This document shows, one piece after another, positions 25,644-38,449 of a stretch of 64,000 nt of DNA; position 1 is the stretch's first letter, and each line of letters opens with the position of its first letter. The notes under the pieces are model-generated. The model did no database searches. It saw only the letters and a program-made list of their open reading frames with translations, and was not told where the DNA came from. Location of the stretch: the NCBI GenBank assembly GCA_951406725.2, contig OX597828.1:13888001-13952000 (forward strand), read 5' to 3'. A program made the position numbers and the translations under genes. This DNA is from Octopus vulgaris. Lineage: Eukaryota.

Positions 25644-26147
25644 TATACGAAAGTCTACTTAACTTTAAGAGTCGACTGTCAATAAAACAACTTTTACTTG
25701 GATGAATGTTAGAACCTGGAGAGGCTTCGCTTAGGCAGTTTAATCCTAACAATAAATGTGAGCCAATGGGGGGGGGGTCAATTTAAATTAATTCACCTTA
25801 TTTATCATTATGCTCGTATCGATAACTATCAGATCGCACTGAGCCTGTCTCTACTTAAAATATACTCTCATCTGGAATATATATCGAACCAAACTCTGAT
25901 TCCAATGAAGAAAGATTCATATTATAATCAGACGCGATAGTACATGTCTGATTATAATACCTGATGTGACATGCTGCTGAAATGTCTTTGATTTGCAGTC
26001 CAGAGGCTGATCCAGCTATTGAAGACGAAATGAAAATTCCAGCTCTTCAATAGTTCTTTGTCGCTCATCAAGATCCGGAAAGCACCGCAATGTTATTAAG
26101 TCTTTAATATGCACTGGTGGCAAGTTCGAACTCGTAAACAGGCCATT

Positions 26148-26335
26148 CACTGCGTTTTGTCATGAAGAAAATTTCTCGCTGCAGACAAATGTAAAAGACG
26201 CTGCGAACTGATTTAGGTAAATACACCTAAATCAGATCGCAGCACCAATTATCCATACTGGCGCTGCGAGCTGGTTTAGGTGTATTCAGACCATTTGTCT
26301 ACAACGAAAATTTTTCTCCATGACAAAACACAGTG
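26148..26335. mobile_element. CACTG-ended MITE (CMC/EnSpm-like)
   Basis: ~44-bp TIRs CACTGCGTTTTGTCATG.. / ..CATGACAAAACACAGTG with ATT on both flanks (3-bp TSD). Confidence 0.75.
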
Positions 26336-27878
26336 ATTCATGGCAATTGTTTATCATTATTTCAGTCGATAGTGTTAGTAATAGCCACCAAGCATTTATA
26401 CACATGCAACCAAAGACATATCACTACTGGGCTGTATTCCGCATAATATATGCTATAATATGATTATAATATATCACTACGGAAACTCAGCATAGCATCC
26501 ACCAGCTGAGTTTACCCGAGTCGGGTAATTTCAACAAGATGACATCGCGTCCATAGAGGTCTTTGGACCCCTGAATGGTAACCGCTTCTTTGCGCAGTCT
26601 TTAAGCCAGCTAGAAACAGTACCCAAGTCTCCCTCAAATCACACTCTGTGGTCTAAAAAATAACGAGAGACTCAGTGGGTGATATAGTTTTAGACATATA
26701 TATTATAATCATATTATAATCATATTATAATCATATTATATATATATATTATAATACGAGTGTGACATGGCTGAAATGTCTTTGATTGCAGTCCAGTATT
26801 GATCCAGCTATTGAAGACGAAATGAAAATTCCAGCTCTTCAATTTCTTTGTCGCTCATCAAGATCCGGAAAGCACCGCAAAGATTAAGTCTTTAAAGCAC
26901 TGGTGAATGCTGTGACATCATTATTGCTGCTTCCTTTAGATATTCCCGATGCATTATGGTATACATTAGTGCAAGTTTGGCAGTCAGCCATTTACTATAA
27001 ATACGATCTTGTTACTTAAGCTTTGAATACTAAAATTGAACGTTTTAGCCGATAAAACAAATTGATTCACGGCAATTGTTTATCATTATTTCAGTCGATA
27101 GTGTTAGTAATAGCCACCAAGCAGAAATGCAACCAAAGACATATCACACTCGTATTATAATATATGTATAATATGATTATAATATATATGTCTAAAACTA
27201 TATCACCCACTGAGTCTCTCGTTATTTTTTAGACCACAGAGTGTGATTTGAGGGAGACTTGGGTACTGTTTCTAGCAGGCTAAAAGACTGCGTAGAGAAA
27301 CGGTTACCATTCAAGGGTCCGAAGACCTCTATGGATTCGTAAAGGTAGTACTGTGGATCTATGGATTTTATCAAAATTTTAAAAGGCTGCAGAGTAAAAT
27401 AAACGTGTTTGTATTTCTGTTTTCTTGCACCGCCATCGTTTGACAACCGGTGTTGGCTTGTTTACGTCCTCGTAACTTTGCGATCGGCAAAAGAGTCCGG
27501 CAGAATAAGTACTAGACTATATGAATATGTAAGCCGTTCAGAGCGGTGCCCCAGTATGGCCGCAAGTTAACAGCTCCTCCCACCTTGGAATATTATGGGT
27601 AAAAGACGATAAGTATTTTCTATTTACTATATGTTGCTGTGGTTGTTGTTGTTGTTGTTGTTGTTCAGATCCAGGTTTACTCCAATTGTGCTGACCTTTA
27701 ATCAAAACATTCCAGTAGTGACCATCCCGTCTTTTTAGGGATATCCAAGACTACACTATGCAACATATTCTTACCTGTTATTTAAAATGGTACTATGTGA
27801 TTTGAAGGAGATTGTGGGTACGGTTTCTAGTTAGTTGAGGATATATAATACTGGACAAGCAGATCTAATCCACCGTTT

Positions 27879-27914
<36 letters not shown>

Positions 27915-29271
27915 GAGGAGGAGGAGGAGGAGGAGTCGTTGTAATTTTTGTTTTTATTAACCTCACGTCCACCCTGATCGAGCATACATACGTTCAAAGA
28001 CTTTCCACCTATGACTTGGTATGTCACGATGTATTTTGGACAACACCGGTGTGTTAGACTGAATAGACTATCACAACGGCTTTTTTTTTTGCTCGTTTAA
28101 AATTGTTGGGTATAATTTGTGGGAGATTTGGCTTTTTTTGGGGGGGAGACAAACGACTATATAGAATACTCATTTGGTCAGCGCAAATAATAATTAGCAA
28201 ATCAGTTCAATTAGTCGCCGGGAATACGTTCCAAATCACTTAGGAATCTTTCCTGTGGTAAGCACTGCACCTTAACATTTCTCGGACATTTAGAAAAAAA
28301 ATACTTACCTTTTCTTTTAGCCGTTTAATCAAGGAAGGAAGTGTACGCGTAAATCTATTTCATGGCCTCCGAGACATATAAGAGAGAGTTACATTCAGAT
28401 CCGAGGCCCAGCCTAAATGCTTGCAACAATAGTGTTAATACTAAATGATAGTGTTAAACCGGGTAGCGGAATTAGTCTACCACCCAGGAACAGTGGTAAT
28501 AACAGTAAGAAGTTTATGAAAGCTACCCAAGAACATGTGATGATGCTAAACCGGATGACGGAGTAAGGTCTCCCGCCAAAGAATTTCAGATGAGAAATAC
28601 GTAGCCAGTAAACGTATCCGATGTCCAGGTTGTAATGTTGCGTTTAGCATCAAAGAAATTGGAAAGGAAAGGGCCCGACCCTTCCATTGTCTCACTCGAA
28701 TCTAAAGCGATTGATTGAAAATTCAGTTTTCTTCCAGGCCACCCCCTAAGCCAAACTCCCACAACTATATCAATCTTATAATTCATTTTTTAATCCTATT
28801 TATTTAAAACTCAATAGTAGTAAGTAATGTACGCATTAGATTTACTAATAACTGGGCGAGACAGAGATAAAAAAATGCAGATATTGATTGATAACCTTTG
28901 TGTTCATTAAAAAACCTACTTATAATTTACCATTTATATCATGGTAAATCCTCGTTGTTGTTATATCAGGCGTTTGATTCCGGGGTTGGGCTGGGCATTG
29001 CTTTCTTGAGCAAGGCACTTTCTTCCGCGTGGCTCCAGTCAAACTAAAGCTGAAAGAGTGTTCTAGCAGCAGCTGGGATTGATATTGTGATAGACCAGAG
29101 TTCTGCCTAGAGGGAACTTTCAAGTATATGAGTAGCGAGCGCCAGACGTTTAATTTATATTATAGAAAGCTGGTCAGAATACCTGTGTCTCTCATGGCCT
29201 TGATTCTCTCTCTCATTCTCTCTCCCCTTATCGCTCTCCATTCCTCTCTTTCTCTCCCTCTTTCTTTCTCA

Positions 29272-29334
<63 letters not shown>

Positions 29335-29557
29335 ACTACACATATTCATCCATGCACATATATCTGTTTTAATTGTACAAGCAAAAAGGCGGACAACTCG
29401 ATGTTTCGGCTTAGTAACTGTCATAAGACTGTAAATTAGTTTGTTATTGCATGGCTTCTATATACTTTTCTCGGGGTTCAACTTCTGAGTGGAGCAATAT
29501 GGCGGCAAAGGAGGTGTGACATTGTAGTGTATTTCTGTGAGCAGAAAAGTTTTGACA

Positions 29558-29792
29558 AGGCGGAGAGCTGGCAGAAACGTTAGCACGCCGGCCGAAATGC
29601 TTAGCGGTATTTCGTCTGCCTCTACGTTCTTAGTCCAAATTCCGCCGAGGTCGACTTTGCCTTTCATCCTTTCGGGGTCGATAAATTAAGTACCAGTTAC
29701 GCACTGGGGTCGATATAACCAACTTAATCCGTTTGTCTGTCCTTGTTTGTCCCCTCTATGTTTAGCCCCTTGTAGGCAATAAAGAAATAAGA
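29558..29792 (+). mobile_element. SINE-B monomer
   Basis: Complete from head to AATAAAGAAATAAG; flanking AGAAAAGT repeat. Confidence 0.88.
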
Positions 29793-29839
29793 AAAGTCTT
29801 TATAATATCTAATGGCTACGAATTCAACGAAATTGAAAC

Positions 29840-30600
29840 ACCATATATGGAAGCATTTTGCAATAGCTAATAGAAAAAAACATTCCAATACAGAAACAAC
29901 ACCACACCGATAGTTACTAAGAAGCATGAGACAGGAAAGAAAGATTACCTGCTTCATTTCACCTTTCAATCTATAAGTCTCTACGTCAATAACTGGTTTA
30001 TTCTTCAAAATACTTCAAACATACTTCTACCCTAACCATAAGTATCGCAAACAACAAACGTATAAATAAACATAATGTGACAATATCACATTCTACAACT
30101 AGCTACTTTGAAAACATATACCAAAGCAGAACGAATTAAAATTATCTATATATGAAAACTAACACTATATACCCAACCCAGCAAATTGCAATTGTAACAC
30201 CTTTCATCCTGCCCTTTAGACAGTAATTTACTTTGTATTTATTATAATTTATAGCGCAACAGTAACCACCAACACCACAAACCTGATTTCAATCCCATTT
30301 ATAGGTTTCACTGGTAACTGGTTCAAAACAAAATACCATCAACACACAGATACATTTCGTAACTCAAATAGGAAAAACGATACATCATTTTTCTAAATAT
30401 ATATGGTCATTGAAGCCCAAAGCATTCTACGTAGCATTAATTGAATATTATTGAGATCCGCACAAAAATAGCAAGTAAATAATAGACCTTTCCTACATTA
30501 CACCGCTTAATTCAATTCCTTCTCTAAAATTAGACACTGGACCGCAATTCAGAGTTAGTCTCTTTCTGTAAACTTAGAATCTTTAAAGCACGACGCTATT
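29840..30600 (+). mobile_element. Penelope-like GIY-YIG remnant
   Basis: CNC..CPLD..IIYSATVTT..FIGFTGNWFKTKYHQHTDTFRNSNRKNDTS..SKYIWSLK. Confidence 0.7.
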
Positions 30601-30672
30601 TTAAAACAATAAATTTCTCCTGCAGCTAATTACGATAATTGCCTTGCTCCTGAAAAATAAACTCAGCTATCA

Positions 30673-30707
<35 letters not shown>

Positions 30708-30724
30708 GTATATATATATGTATG

Positions 30725-30758
<34 letters not shown>

Positions 30759-30936
30759 TGTATGTATGTATACATTATATATATATATATATATACACGT
30801 GTACATAACATATCACTATGCGTATATTTTTATATGCATACGTGTGTTATCCATCATGTCATCAGTGCACGCATATTACTACTCACGTATTTATATGAGC
30901 GATTCACATATATATCTAGGTATGACAAGTGTGGAT

Positions 30937-30967
<31 letters not shown>

Positions 30968-30974
30968 TTGTACC

Positions 30975-31290
30975 TCGTGATTGTGAACGCGACGCCCACA
31001 ATCATGATGTACGATTCCCAGACCGGGATGTCTATTGTGTTCTTGAACAAAACACTTTATTTCACGTTGCTCCAGTTCACACACCTGTAAAAATGAGTTG
31101 TGAGGTCACTGGTGCCAAGCTGTATCGGCCTTTGCTGTTCCCTTGGACAACATCAGTGTTGCGGAGAAGGGAGGGTGGTGTGCATGGGCGACTGCTGGTC
31201 TTCTATAAACAACCTTGCGAAGACCTGTGTCCCAGAGGGTAACTTTTAGGTGCAATCCCATGGGTATTCATGGCCGGAGGGGTCTTTCAC
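30975..31290 (+). mobile_element. SINE family C (tail type 3)
   Basis: TTCACGTTGCTCCAG body plus GCCAAGCTGTATCGGCC..GGGGTCTTT tail, as in 43145-43483. Confidence 0.75.
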
Positions 31291-31356
31291 GTATGTATGT
31301 ATATATGTAGGTAGGCAGGCAGATAGGTAGGTAGGTAGGTAGGTAGGTAGGTAGGT

Positions 31357-31387
<31 letters not shown>

Positions 31388-31614
31388 TAGGTAGGTAGGT
31401 AGGTAGGTAGGTAGGTAGGTAGATAGGTAGGTAGGTAAGTAGGTAGGTAGGTATATATGAGAGTGCATGGATGCGTGTATGTATGTGCATTTGTATATAT
31501 ACAGATGTACATATAAATATACGTGGCGGTGTATTTACATGTATTTGTGTTTATTTATGGATTTATTCGTAATGTATGTATTACGTATATGTGATGGGCT
31601 CTCTCGATGAAGAC

Positions 31615-31848
31615 GACGAATGAGCATTCAGCTTTTGCCGATCGACCTGCACAAATGATTTGTTTATAGTGATCAAATGATCGTGCCGCACATCGGCTCA
31701 CTCCCTCCATCAAATCGACGTTGTCTGAACAGGTGCACGGTGTGCCACTCGTCAGGTATCAAAAAGATTACAGAGCAACATAAGATGAAGTGTAAGGATT
31801 GAAATCACGGTCGTAAGTGCAACACGCTAACCACTAAGCCACGCGCCC
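31615..31848 (-). mobile_element. tRNA-derived SINE (degenerate)
   Basis: Minus-strand head GGCGCGTGGCTTAGTGGTTAGCGTGTTGC. Confidence 0.6.
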
Positions 31849-31872
31849 TGGCGTATATGTATAAGTATATAT

Positions 31873-31924
<52 letters not shown>

Positions 31925-32000
31925 TACAAATGGAGTCGAGGGAGACGACAAAGAAATGCACGGGAAAGCACACACACACACACATACACTCATACAAACT

Positions 32001-32035
<35 letters not shown>

Positions 32036-32274
32036 TGTATGTACGTATCACCCAGGCATTGCGATACTAACTTGAAGTAGAATTTTGTACACGTATGCTT
32101 CTGAACGAAGCATTAGTCAACTACAGTGCGGTAATAAGAACAGAGATGACAAAGAAATGAAACGACCAATGTGATGACCACACGCTACAGACCTTCCTTC
32201 CAAGCACTGCAGTAAACAGTGCAAGTGAGCTAGAATGTTAAAACTTAGTGTGCATGCACACCAGAGTTTAAGCC

Positions 32275-32330
<56 letters not shown>

Positions 32331-32623
32331 GCACACCCAAATATTCGCATATACACTCATATCCGCATAATTCACACATGTAAGCGCACAGCTGTTTGTA
32401 CATATATATAATTATTAATATATACTTATACATACAAAATCTTTACTACACCGATACAAATATTTACATGTTTTACTGTGTTGGGGTGAATGTCGAAACT
32501 CTAGATGGGTGTTGGATTTCAAAGTGGACGTCCAGTTTGTATGAGTGTATGTGTGTGTGTGTGTGCTTTCCCGTGCATTTCTTTGTCGTCTCCCTCGACT
32601 CCATTTGTATTAATATATATATA

Positions 32624-32838
32624 TGGCGGCGAGCTGGCAGAACCGTTAGCACGCCGGGCGAAATGCGTAGGCGTATTTCGTCTGCCGTTACGTTCTGAGT
32701 TCAAATTCCGCCGAGGTCGACTTTGCCTTTCATCCTTTCGGGGTCGATAAATTAAGTACCAGTTACGCACTGGGGTCGATATAATCGACTTAATCCGTTT
32801 GTCTGTCCTCTCTGTGTTTAGCCCCTTGTGGGTAGTAA

Positions 32839-32840
<2 letters not shown>
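32624..32840 (+). mobile_element. SINE-B copy in (TA)n
   Basis: B head and body, ending at GGGTAGTAAAG (internal-unit type). Confidence 0.85.
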
Positions 32841-32887
<47 letters not shown>

Positions 32888-33699
32888 TATATATATACAT
32901 ATAGATGTAGGTATGTACATATACATATAGATGTAGGTATGTACATATATGTATGTATGTATGTATGCATATGTTTTATTTGTTAAATTGTTATTATATG
33001 ATTGAACGCCTCGCGTCACTTTCTTATTTCTGCAAGTAAGTTTATTAATAATTATGACGCGCACTCTTTAGCCCTTTACTTGACCTTTCCTTCCTGCCTG
33101 TCTGTGTTCCTCTCTACCTGTCTCCTTCTTATTTTTCACCCTTTCTGGTTTCCTTTCTTCTCTATCTCTCTCTCACTCCTCCTCCTCTCTCTCACTCCTC
33201 CTCTCTCTCACTCCTCCTCTCTCTGGCCGCTGACCGGACTACTAAACTTCCTTTCGCTCGCAGATTTCAACAAGCCAACATCGACTTCTTCTGTCTCTAG
33301 CAAGTCGATTTTCTGAATTGCGTTCCAACGAATTTTTCCACCGTCTAGGCTTTAAAAAGCCCTTAATGTTGGTTTCCTTGTCCTGTTTTTATTCTTTATG
33401 TGTACTGTATTTTTATTTGTATTGCTTTTACGTCCTGTTCTTGTCACTTTTTTCTTTTTTTACCCTTCTGCAAAAGAATTTTATTTAATTCATTTTGCAG
33501 GAAGGACTGCTTCGGTCGGATCGTGTTCTTCCCTTACCTTCGAAACACGCATTGAGTCGAACCAGGGGCAGTTGATGAAGGGAATAATCCTTGTATTGTT
33601 TGTCTTGTACTCTGTTTTTTCGTTATTAAAAAAAGTCCGTTTCCTTGTTTGTTTTTGTTTTCGTTTCTCGTGTTCTACGTTTATTTGTAGTGTCCTGTA

Positions 33700-33770
<71 letters not shown>

Positions 33771-34343
33771 GCATGTATATATATACATATAGATGTAGGT
33801 ATGTACATATATGTATGTATGCATATGTTTTATTTGTTAAAATGTTATTATATGATTGAACGCCTCGCGTCACTTTCTTATTTCTCCAAGTAAGTTTATT
33901 ATATATATATATATATACGTATATACACATATATATGCGTAGACATACACAAATACATGTGAGAGTATGAGTGTGTGTGTATGCGCGTATGTTTCAAAGT
34001 ATAAAAGTTTGAAGTCTTACATACGTGTATCTGTGTCTGTGCGTTTATGTGTTATATATATATATAGAGAGAGAGGAAGGGTGAAAGACAGAAAGAAAAA
34101 GAGTGAGAGAGTGAGAGAGAGAGAGAGAGCCCTGTACTGCAAATGGAAAATTTAGATGAACAAAATCTATATTAACAATAAATAACAATACCCATCTTCA
34201 TTTATAAAGCCAGTACTGACAAATAAATCCTTCACTCAGAGGCAATCGTTTAGCACAAGCCATCTAACTTGTCTTTAACTGAGCTTTCATACGCATCTAA
34301 TCTATCGCGCCTATACTTGCAAAGATGTTTGAATGAGTCTTAA

Positions 34344-34800
34344 GAGGCGCAGGAGTGGCTGTGTAGTAAGTAGCTTGCTTACCAACCACATGGTTCCGGG
34401 TTCAGTCCTACTGCGTGGCACCTTGGGCAAGTGTCTTCTACTATAGCCTCGGGTCGACCAAAGCCTTGTGAATGGATTTGGTAGACGGAAACTGAAAGAA
34501 GCCCGTCGTATATATGTATATATATGCATATGTATGTGTGCGTGTATATGTTTGTGTTTGTCCCCCCAACATCGCTTGACAACCGATGGTAATGTGTTTA
34601 CGTCCCCGTAACTTAGCAGTAACTCTGTCCCAATGACTCTGTCCCATGTGTCTTCTCTTGTTCTGCTTATTCCAAAAGAGAACGATAGATTAAGTACTAG
34701 GCTTCCAAATAATCCTGGGGTCGATTTGCTCGACTAAAGGCGGTGCTCCAGCATGGCCGCAGTCAAATGACTGAAACAAGTAAAAGAGTAAAAGAGTAAA
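34344..34800 (+). mobile_element. Full-length SINE family A
   Basis: AGGCGCAGGAGTGGCTGTG head, CCTTGGGCAAGTG body, GGCGGTGCTCCAGCATGGCC..(GTAAAAGA)n tail. Confidence 0.9.
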
Positions 34801-35518
34801 TAGCATAAAATCTACTATTAATTTCTTACACCAACTATAACCAACAACCAACCAAAGAGAAATCACCTGACTGGAGTCGAAGACGTTCAACAGAAACTGC
34901 TGAATGTAATCTGTCTATGAGTTATCTGTCATCTGTTCTCCTATACAAATCTAACTCTAAGCGCCTGTTTTTACGTACGTGCTTGAATGAAGCCAAACAA
35001 TAGCATATAAGCAAACGATAATTCCTCATACAAAAGATAATCAACTTAGCAGTTGCCATCCGACTTGTACCAATATGGTTGTACTGTCAGATCAAGAATA
35101 TATCTTTACCATCCATTCTTCTGTACCCCAGTCCTACACATTTGCTTTGTTTCCCTCCTTTTCCTTCATTTTTTATTCCATATTCTATCGGAATGCAGCC
35201 ACATTGCTCCACCCACAAGATGAATCGCCTTGGAAATATATAAATATAAATATAATGCCTGGAAAACATAAGCAAATTTGCTGTAAGATGACGGCGAGTG
35301 AGCAGAAACTTTGATGCAACAGTCAACTAACTTATTCCTTACAAAAATAAAACACGTTACTATACTGAAATCTGACTATATAACTACGCATGAAAATTAA
35401 TATTAATATATATATACATATGAATGTATATATGTATGTGTATATATGTTTATGGATATGTGTATATGTATGAATGTATGTATGTATGGATGGATAAATG
35501 GATGTATATACATATATG

Positions 35519-35619
<101 letters not shown>

Positions 35620-35821
35620 CATATATATACATACATATTGTTGTACTTGAAGATGGCATATTTTTCTTGCCAATATGCACTATTTATTCGATTTTCACTT
35701 TAGATTTTGTTTGCTTATACGTTTGTGAAGGTTCCTTCGTCACACATTCTGTGACCCTCATCAGTGACTCTGTCCCATCTGTCTTCTCTTGTTCTGCTTA
35801 TTCCATTTTGTCCTTTTATGG

Positions 35822-35876
<55 letters not shown>

Positions 35877-35953
35877 TGTGTGTGTGTATGGGAATAAGTA
35901 AATGTCTGTGTGTGTGAGTGTTTATATGTGTACAAATGAATATATATATATAC

Positions 35954-35986
<33 letters not shown>

Positions 35987-36195
35987 TGTATGTATGTATG
36001 TATGTATGTATATATGTATGTATGTATGTATGTATACTAATATATGCATGCATACATATACATATATGTGTGTGTGAATGTACGCATGTGTGTAAGGTTA
36101 ACAAGTCGAAACGTCGAACTCACTGTCATCAATCTTGTAAATAAGTGCTCTACAAAAAAGTATTGAATAATCCTTGTATTGAATAATCCTTGCAT

Positions 36196-37915
36196 AGGCG
36201 CAGGCGTTGCTGTGTGGTAAGGAGCTTGCTTCTCAACCACATGGCTCCTGATTCTGTCGTATTGCGTGGTACCTTGGGCAAGTGTTTTCTCCTATAACCT
36301 CGGGCCGACCAAAACCTTGTGAATATATTTGGTAGACTGAAACTGAAAGAAGTCCGTCGTACATACAGTGTGCGGTGAATAAACTGTCATCTAAATTACA
36401 CAAAAATGAAAATAACACTGATATCTCATTTTAACAGATATATTTACCAAAATTACATAGAAAATCTTGAAATTCTATAGGGTAAATTTACTCAATAAAA
36501 TCGCCATTGGCTTCAACCACGGCCTCCAGGCGACTTCAGAATCTCCTGCAGCTCTTCTAGACGGTCTCTTTTTTTTAAGTTGGTGAATGCTGCTATAATC
36601 CTTGCCTTCAGCTCATCTTTGGTGTTGGATTGAGTTTTGTTGGTCTCTCGCCCAACTACGCCCCACACATAATAATCAAAGGGGGTTGCAGTATGGGCAG
36701 TTAAGTCACCAGATGTTAGGAGTGATGTGGTCGCAGTAACTGTCTGACAGCCACAACTGGACTCCCCTGTTTGTGTGGCATGGTAAAGAGTCCTGTTGCC
36801 AGACACAGGGTCTTCTAGCAGCTACCCTCTTGACCCAGGGCAGCACTACCTTCTCCAGGCACTAGATGTAGGCCTCTGTGTTGAGCTTCAGGTCGTGTGG
36901 GAAGATGAATGGAGGCATAACGTCACCATCACTGGTGATCACTCCAAACACCATGATGCTGACTGGATGTTTGATTTTTATCACTCTCGGTACATATTTT
37001 GGAGACACGGCAAGCCAACAGCTGTTCTGAATGTTCACCATCTGCTCCTGGCAGAAATGTTTCCCGTCTGAGAAAAACCAAAGAATGTTCGGTTGGAGAG
37101 GATTCCTGAGTTTATTCAAAAGTTTCGTAGCGCGGTATTTCCTCCAATCTTTTATGGCTTCGGATAAAAATTGGCCCTTTCTCATATTGTATGAAGAATA
37201 CCGAATGTTATCATGCACTACCTGTCTTATAAGAAACTCAGACACTCTCATGTCGCTGGCGATGGACCTGATTGACCTGGAGGGACCGTTGTCAATCATG
37301 TCCTGGATCTCACCAACAAAATCAGGAGTTCTTTTCTTATCAGAACGATCAGAGCGAGTTTTCTGAGCTACTGTTCCTTCGTCAGCACCATTAGAGTCAT
37401 CCAACTCTTTCTGAACCCTCTACACTATCCTCAGATTGACACATATTGGAGCTTCTGGCGCGAATTCCAAGCACCACAGCATGGGGTTTCCAAATTTCGG
37501 GTAAAGTAAATTGCATCATGGTGTTACTTTTCTCACAGACGGTGCCCAACTCACCCTACCATATTGTGTAGTTGACAAAATCAAAAACAAGCAATGCGAA
37601 TGCACAAAATTTAATATTTGAAATGGCGAGAATTTACCCATCGTACCTTGTATATATGTGCGTGCATGTGTATGTGCATGTGTGTTTGTGTGTTTGTGTC
37701 AGCGTTCGTCCCCACCTCCACCGCTTGATAACTGGTGGTGGTGGTGTGTTTACGTCCCTGTGATCTAGTGGTTCGGCAAAAGTCACCGATAGGATAAGTA
37801 TCAGGCTTAACTAAAAACTACTGCGGTCGATTCATTCGACTAAAAAAAACTTCAAGGTAGTGCCCCAGCATGATCGCAGTCTAATAACTGAAACAAATAA
37901 ACGGTAAATAACAAA
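36196..37915 (+). mobile_element. SINE-A split by a DNA transposon
   Basis: Head/body at 36196-36363, tail at 37651-37915. Confidence 0.8.
36366..37650 (-). mobile_element. Tc1/mariner transposon (maT/DD37D-like), defective
   Basis: PSRSIRSIASDMRVS HTH, WFFSDGK, IMVFGVITSDG, PFDYYVWG; degenerate TIRs with TA flanks; stops and a deletion. Confidence 0.85.
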
Positions 37916-38073
37916 AGCTATATATACAATATATTTTTTTTGTATTACCTTTTCGGTCATTAGACTGCGGCCATCCTGGGACACCGCTTTGAAGAATTTT
38001 TAGTTGAATGAATCTACCCCCAATACTTACTGAAATGAGACATCGTAGATATATTCGTATCTATCAAAGAAAC

Positions 38074-38143
38074 GTCCATGGGGATTCGAACTCACCTTCT
38101 TTGAGTAAGAAGTCGAGTATCTTATTCACTGAACTAACGATCC
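38074..38143 (-). pseudogene. tRNA-like relic (isolated SINE head or tRNA pseudogene)
   Basis: TAGTTCAGTG A-box and GAGTTCGAATCC B-box; the cloverleaf stems pair poorly. Confidence 0.45.
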
Positions 38144-38383
38144 ACTAAATGTACAAGCTTATTATATGTTAGTGATTTATTTGGTGTTATTGTTCGTGTA
38201 CAGAATCGTGGCTAAAGCTATGTCTGAGCATCGCCTAAATACATGCAATCGTACGCGTTATTCATGTATCAATGTATTCATAAAAATATCTATGCGCATG
38301 TATATGTATATGTATATGTATGCAAATATTCAAACATGCATACCGACATCTATATACAATATATATATATATACATATATAGC

Positions 38384-38449
<66 letters not shown>

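Noticed and set aside
38074-38143. Functional tRNA gene
   Set aside because: Acceptor and anticodon stems do not pair; kept only as a relic
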